NCBI GenBank assembly: GCA_051439605.1
Contig: JBFRWN010000032.1
Coordinates: forward strand, 1 to 64,000
Origin: Synechococcus sp.
GTDB lineage: Bacteria; Cyanobacteriota; Cyanobacteriia; Thermostichales; PCC-7336
Reading direction: 5' to 3'
DNA length: 64,000 nt
Shown in pieces: positions 62,426 through 64,000 of the stretch. Position 1 is the stretch's first letter; each line of letters begins with the position of its first letter. A program made the position numbers and the translations under genes. Under the pieces are notes generated by a model, which was not told the DNA's origin, made no database searches, and saw only the letters and a program-made list of their open reading frames with translations.

Positions 62426-64000
62426 TTAGGCACTCGCTTGTGGTGTCAATTCTGCGGTTTCTGCATCCTCTGGATCTGCTTGCTTGTTGACGTTTGGCCT
62501 AGAAGGCTTTAAGCCAAACAGCGTGCGATAGTGTTTCGCCAACTCTTGTCCGTAGAACATGACACCAATGCCAGCAACCACTAACAGCGAGCCCGTCCAC
62601 GTCAGGGCGGTGACCCAGGCTGGTTCCCGCTTTACCTGCAGGGTTGACTGTCGCAAATCGCCAGGATTCCAGGACGCTTGCGCAATTTTCCAGCCGCGAT
62701 ACCAAGTGGGGTGGTTCATCCATACCTCGCGAAACGCATGCACTCCCTGTTCGGGATCGTCAATCCGAATTTGGCTGGTCCACATGGCTACAGAGTCAGA
62801 GCCTTCGTTGCGTTCAACGATAAAATCCTCCAGCGCCACCGCAAACGGCAGTTCCATTGACTTCGGGCCATAGACTGCATATACCTCGCCGTCCGGGGTG
62901 TCGATGGATTGAGGTTCCCCCCACTGCAACCACTGCTCTTGTCCGCTTGTAGATTTCACCAACACGGCAGGCACCGCATCCGCTGATGCCCCTGCCCCGA
63001 CTAGAAATGAGGCATCGACAATTTCCCGTTCAGTCCGGGCATTGGGTATATACTCGGCCACCTCTAGCTGGAAATCTGCCCACCCCAAATCAATCGGGTC
63101 TTCAAGAGTCAAAGGCCCAGACTGAAACCCCTTTGCATTGTTGACGGTGTAATACAGCTTTCCTGACGGAGTCGTGATCGCCTGAAACACATTGTCCTGA
63201 GGTGCAGGAGCCTGGTAGGTGGCAACAATCCCTGAGGGCTCACCAGCCACCAACGTTCTGACCGGCTCTAGATCGGTACGACCAAACACAAACCAGCGCT
63301 CTACCCCCTGAGGACTCTCTATCTGCAGTTGCAAAGCGGGATTGCGTAGGTGTTGGGAGGTGGTTTCTGGTTCATTGTTACCGTTCAATCGAAAATCTGG
63401 CCAAAAGTTGACCAGCCTTACTTGCACGTCGTCAGACAGGCCGAACGTTGCCCCCAAAGACTGTTCGACGTCAAAGGATTGCCGATCGCCGTTCCCCGCC
63501 AATAAGACGCTCCCCCATTTCCCTTGGATTTCTGGAGGAGGGGCCATCATCGCATCTAATTCAGACTGAGACCGAACTGACGCAAGCTTTAGGGTGGCTG
63601 GCCCGAGGATCACTTGTTGGGCACTGGAGGGGGCGATTGCCAGCCATTTTTCAACTGACTGACCCATTTTCTGACTGGTCAGGGTGAAGTGCAGGGCAGG
63701 ATTGGGGGCTAAACCATCGGGAAGAAACCGATTCTGAGCCAGTGTACGCTCTCGATACTGCACCAGCTCCAAGCTTGCGATGCTCTCGTGCTCGATCGAT
63801 CCATCTGCTCCTACCTGCACGTCTACCGCAGACGAAGAACCGTTAGCAGTCAGCACCTCAAGCAATTCCCCCTGCAATCGCAACAGGCGATTCCCTCCAA
63901 TATCGGTGCGCAGGGGCAACATGCCCTCCACTCCCAGGTGAATCACAGCGGCAGAACCGGCAATCAAAATCACCAAGCCAAAGTGGGTCAGGGCAAATCC
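62426..64000 (-). CDS. ResB/CcsB-like cytochrome c biogenesis protein (5' end beyond the window)
   Basis: Open to the window edge (..FALTHFGLVILIAG, conserved TM His); ELPFAV.LEDF, VWMNHP.WYRGW...QASW, C-terminal TM; directly upstream of ccsA. Confidence 0.85.
   Translation of the reverse strand, partial: GFALTHFGLVILIAGSAAVIHLGVEGMLPLRTDIGGNRLLRLQGELLEVLTANGSSSAVDVQVGADGSIEHESIASLELVQYRERTLAQNRFLPDGLAPNPALHFTLTSQKMGQSVEKWLAIAPSSAQQVILGPATLKLASVRSQSELDAMMAPPPEIQGKWGSVLLAGNGDRQSFDVEQSLGATFGLSDDVQVRLVNFWPDFRLNGNNEPETTSQHLRNPALQLQIESPQGVERWFVFGRTDLEPVRTLVAGEPSGIVATYQAPAPQDNVFQAITTPSGKLYYTVNNAKGFQSGPLTLEDPIDLGWADFQLEVAEYIPNARTEREIVDASFLVGAGASADAVPAVLVKSTSGQEQWLQWGEPQSIDTPDGEVYAVYGPKSMELPFAVALEDFIVERNEGSDSVAMWTSQIRIDDPEQGVHAFREVWMNHPTWYRGWKIAQASWNPGDLRQSTLQVKREPAWVTALTWTGSLLVVAGIGVMFYGQELAKHYRTLFGLKPSRPNVNKQADPEDAETAELTPQASA

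Overview
Chromosomal window from a cyanobacterium (psbB/psbT, pcyA, ycf48/rubA, psb34, abundant HIP1 GCGATCGC octamers). Most of it is housekeeping: uvrA, dnaB-rplI, xseAB, rpsL-rpsG-fusA-tuf-rpsJ, carB, sbcC, glyS, serS, aroA, rarA and two tRNAs. The notable parts are: (1) a TetR regulator fused to a tyrosine-recombinase-like domain that has lost several catalytic residues, divergent from a desC-type desaturase, with two GCAAG-N5-CTTGC-type palindromes between them; (2) a decaying patch after tRNA-Phe with a divergent PII paralogue, a Crp-family pseudogene, two NtcA-type boxes and a DEAD-box helicase remnant; (3) a biuret/triuret hydrolase operon with a cupin and an ABC ATPase but no permease or binding protein; (4) a 32-codon membrane-peptide ORF with its own promoter and terminator that is not in the ORF track; (5) a site-2 protease lacking its third zinc ligand; (6) a large CcsA/ResB cytochrome c maturation pair at the right edge. 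An ISAs1 transposase remnant and two MITE/REP-like elements are also present. No CRISPR array, prophage or intact mobile element was seen. All calls come from reading motifs by eye; no searches were run.
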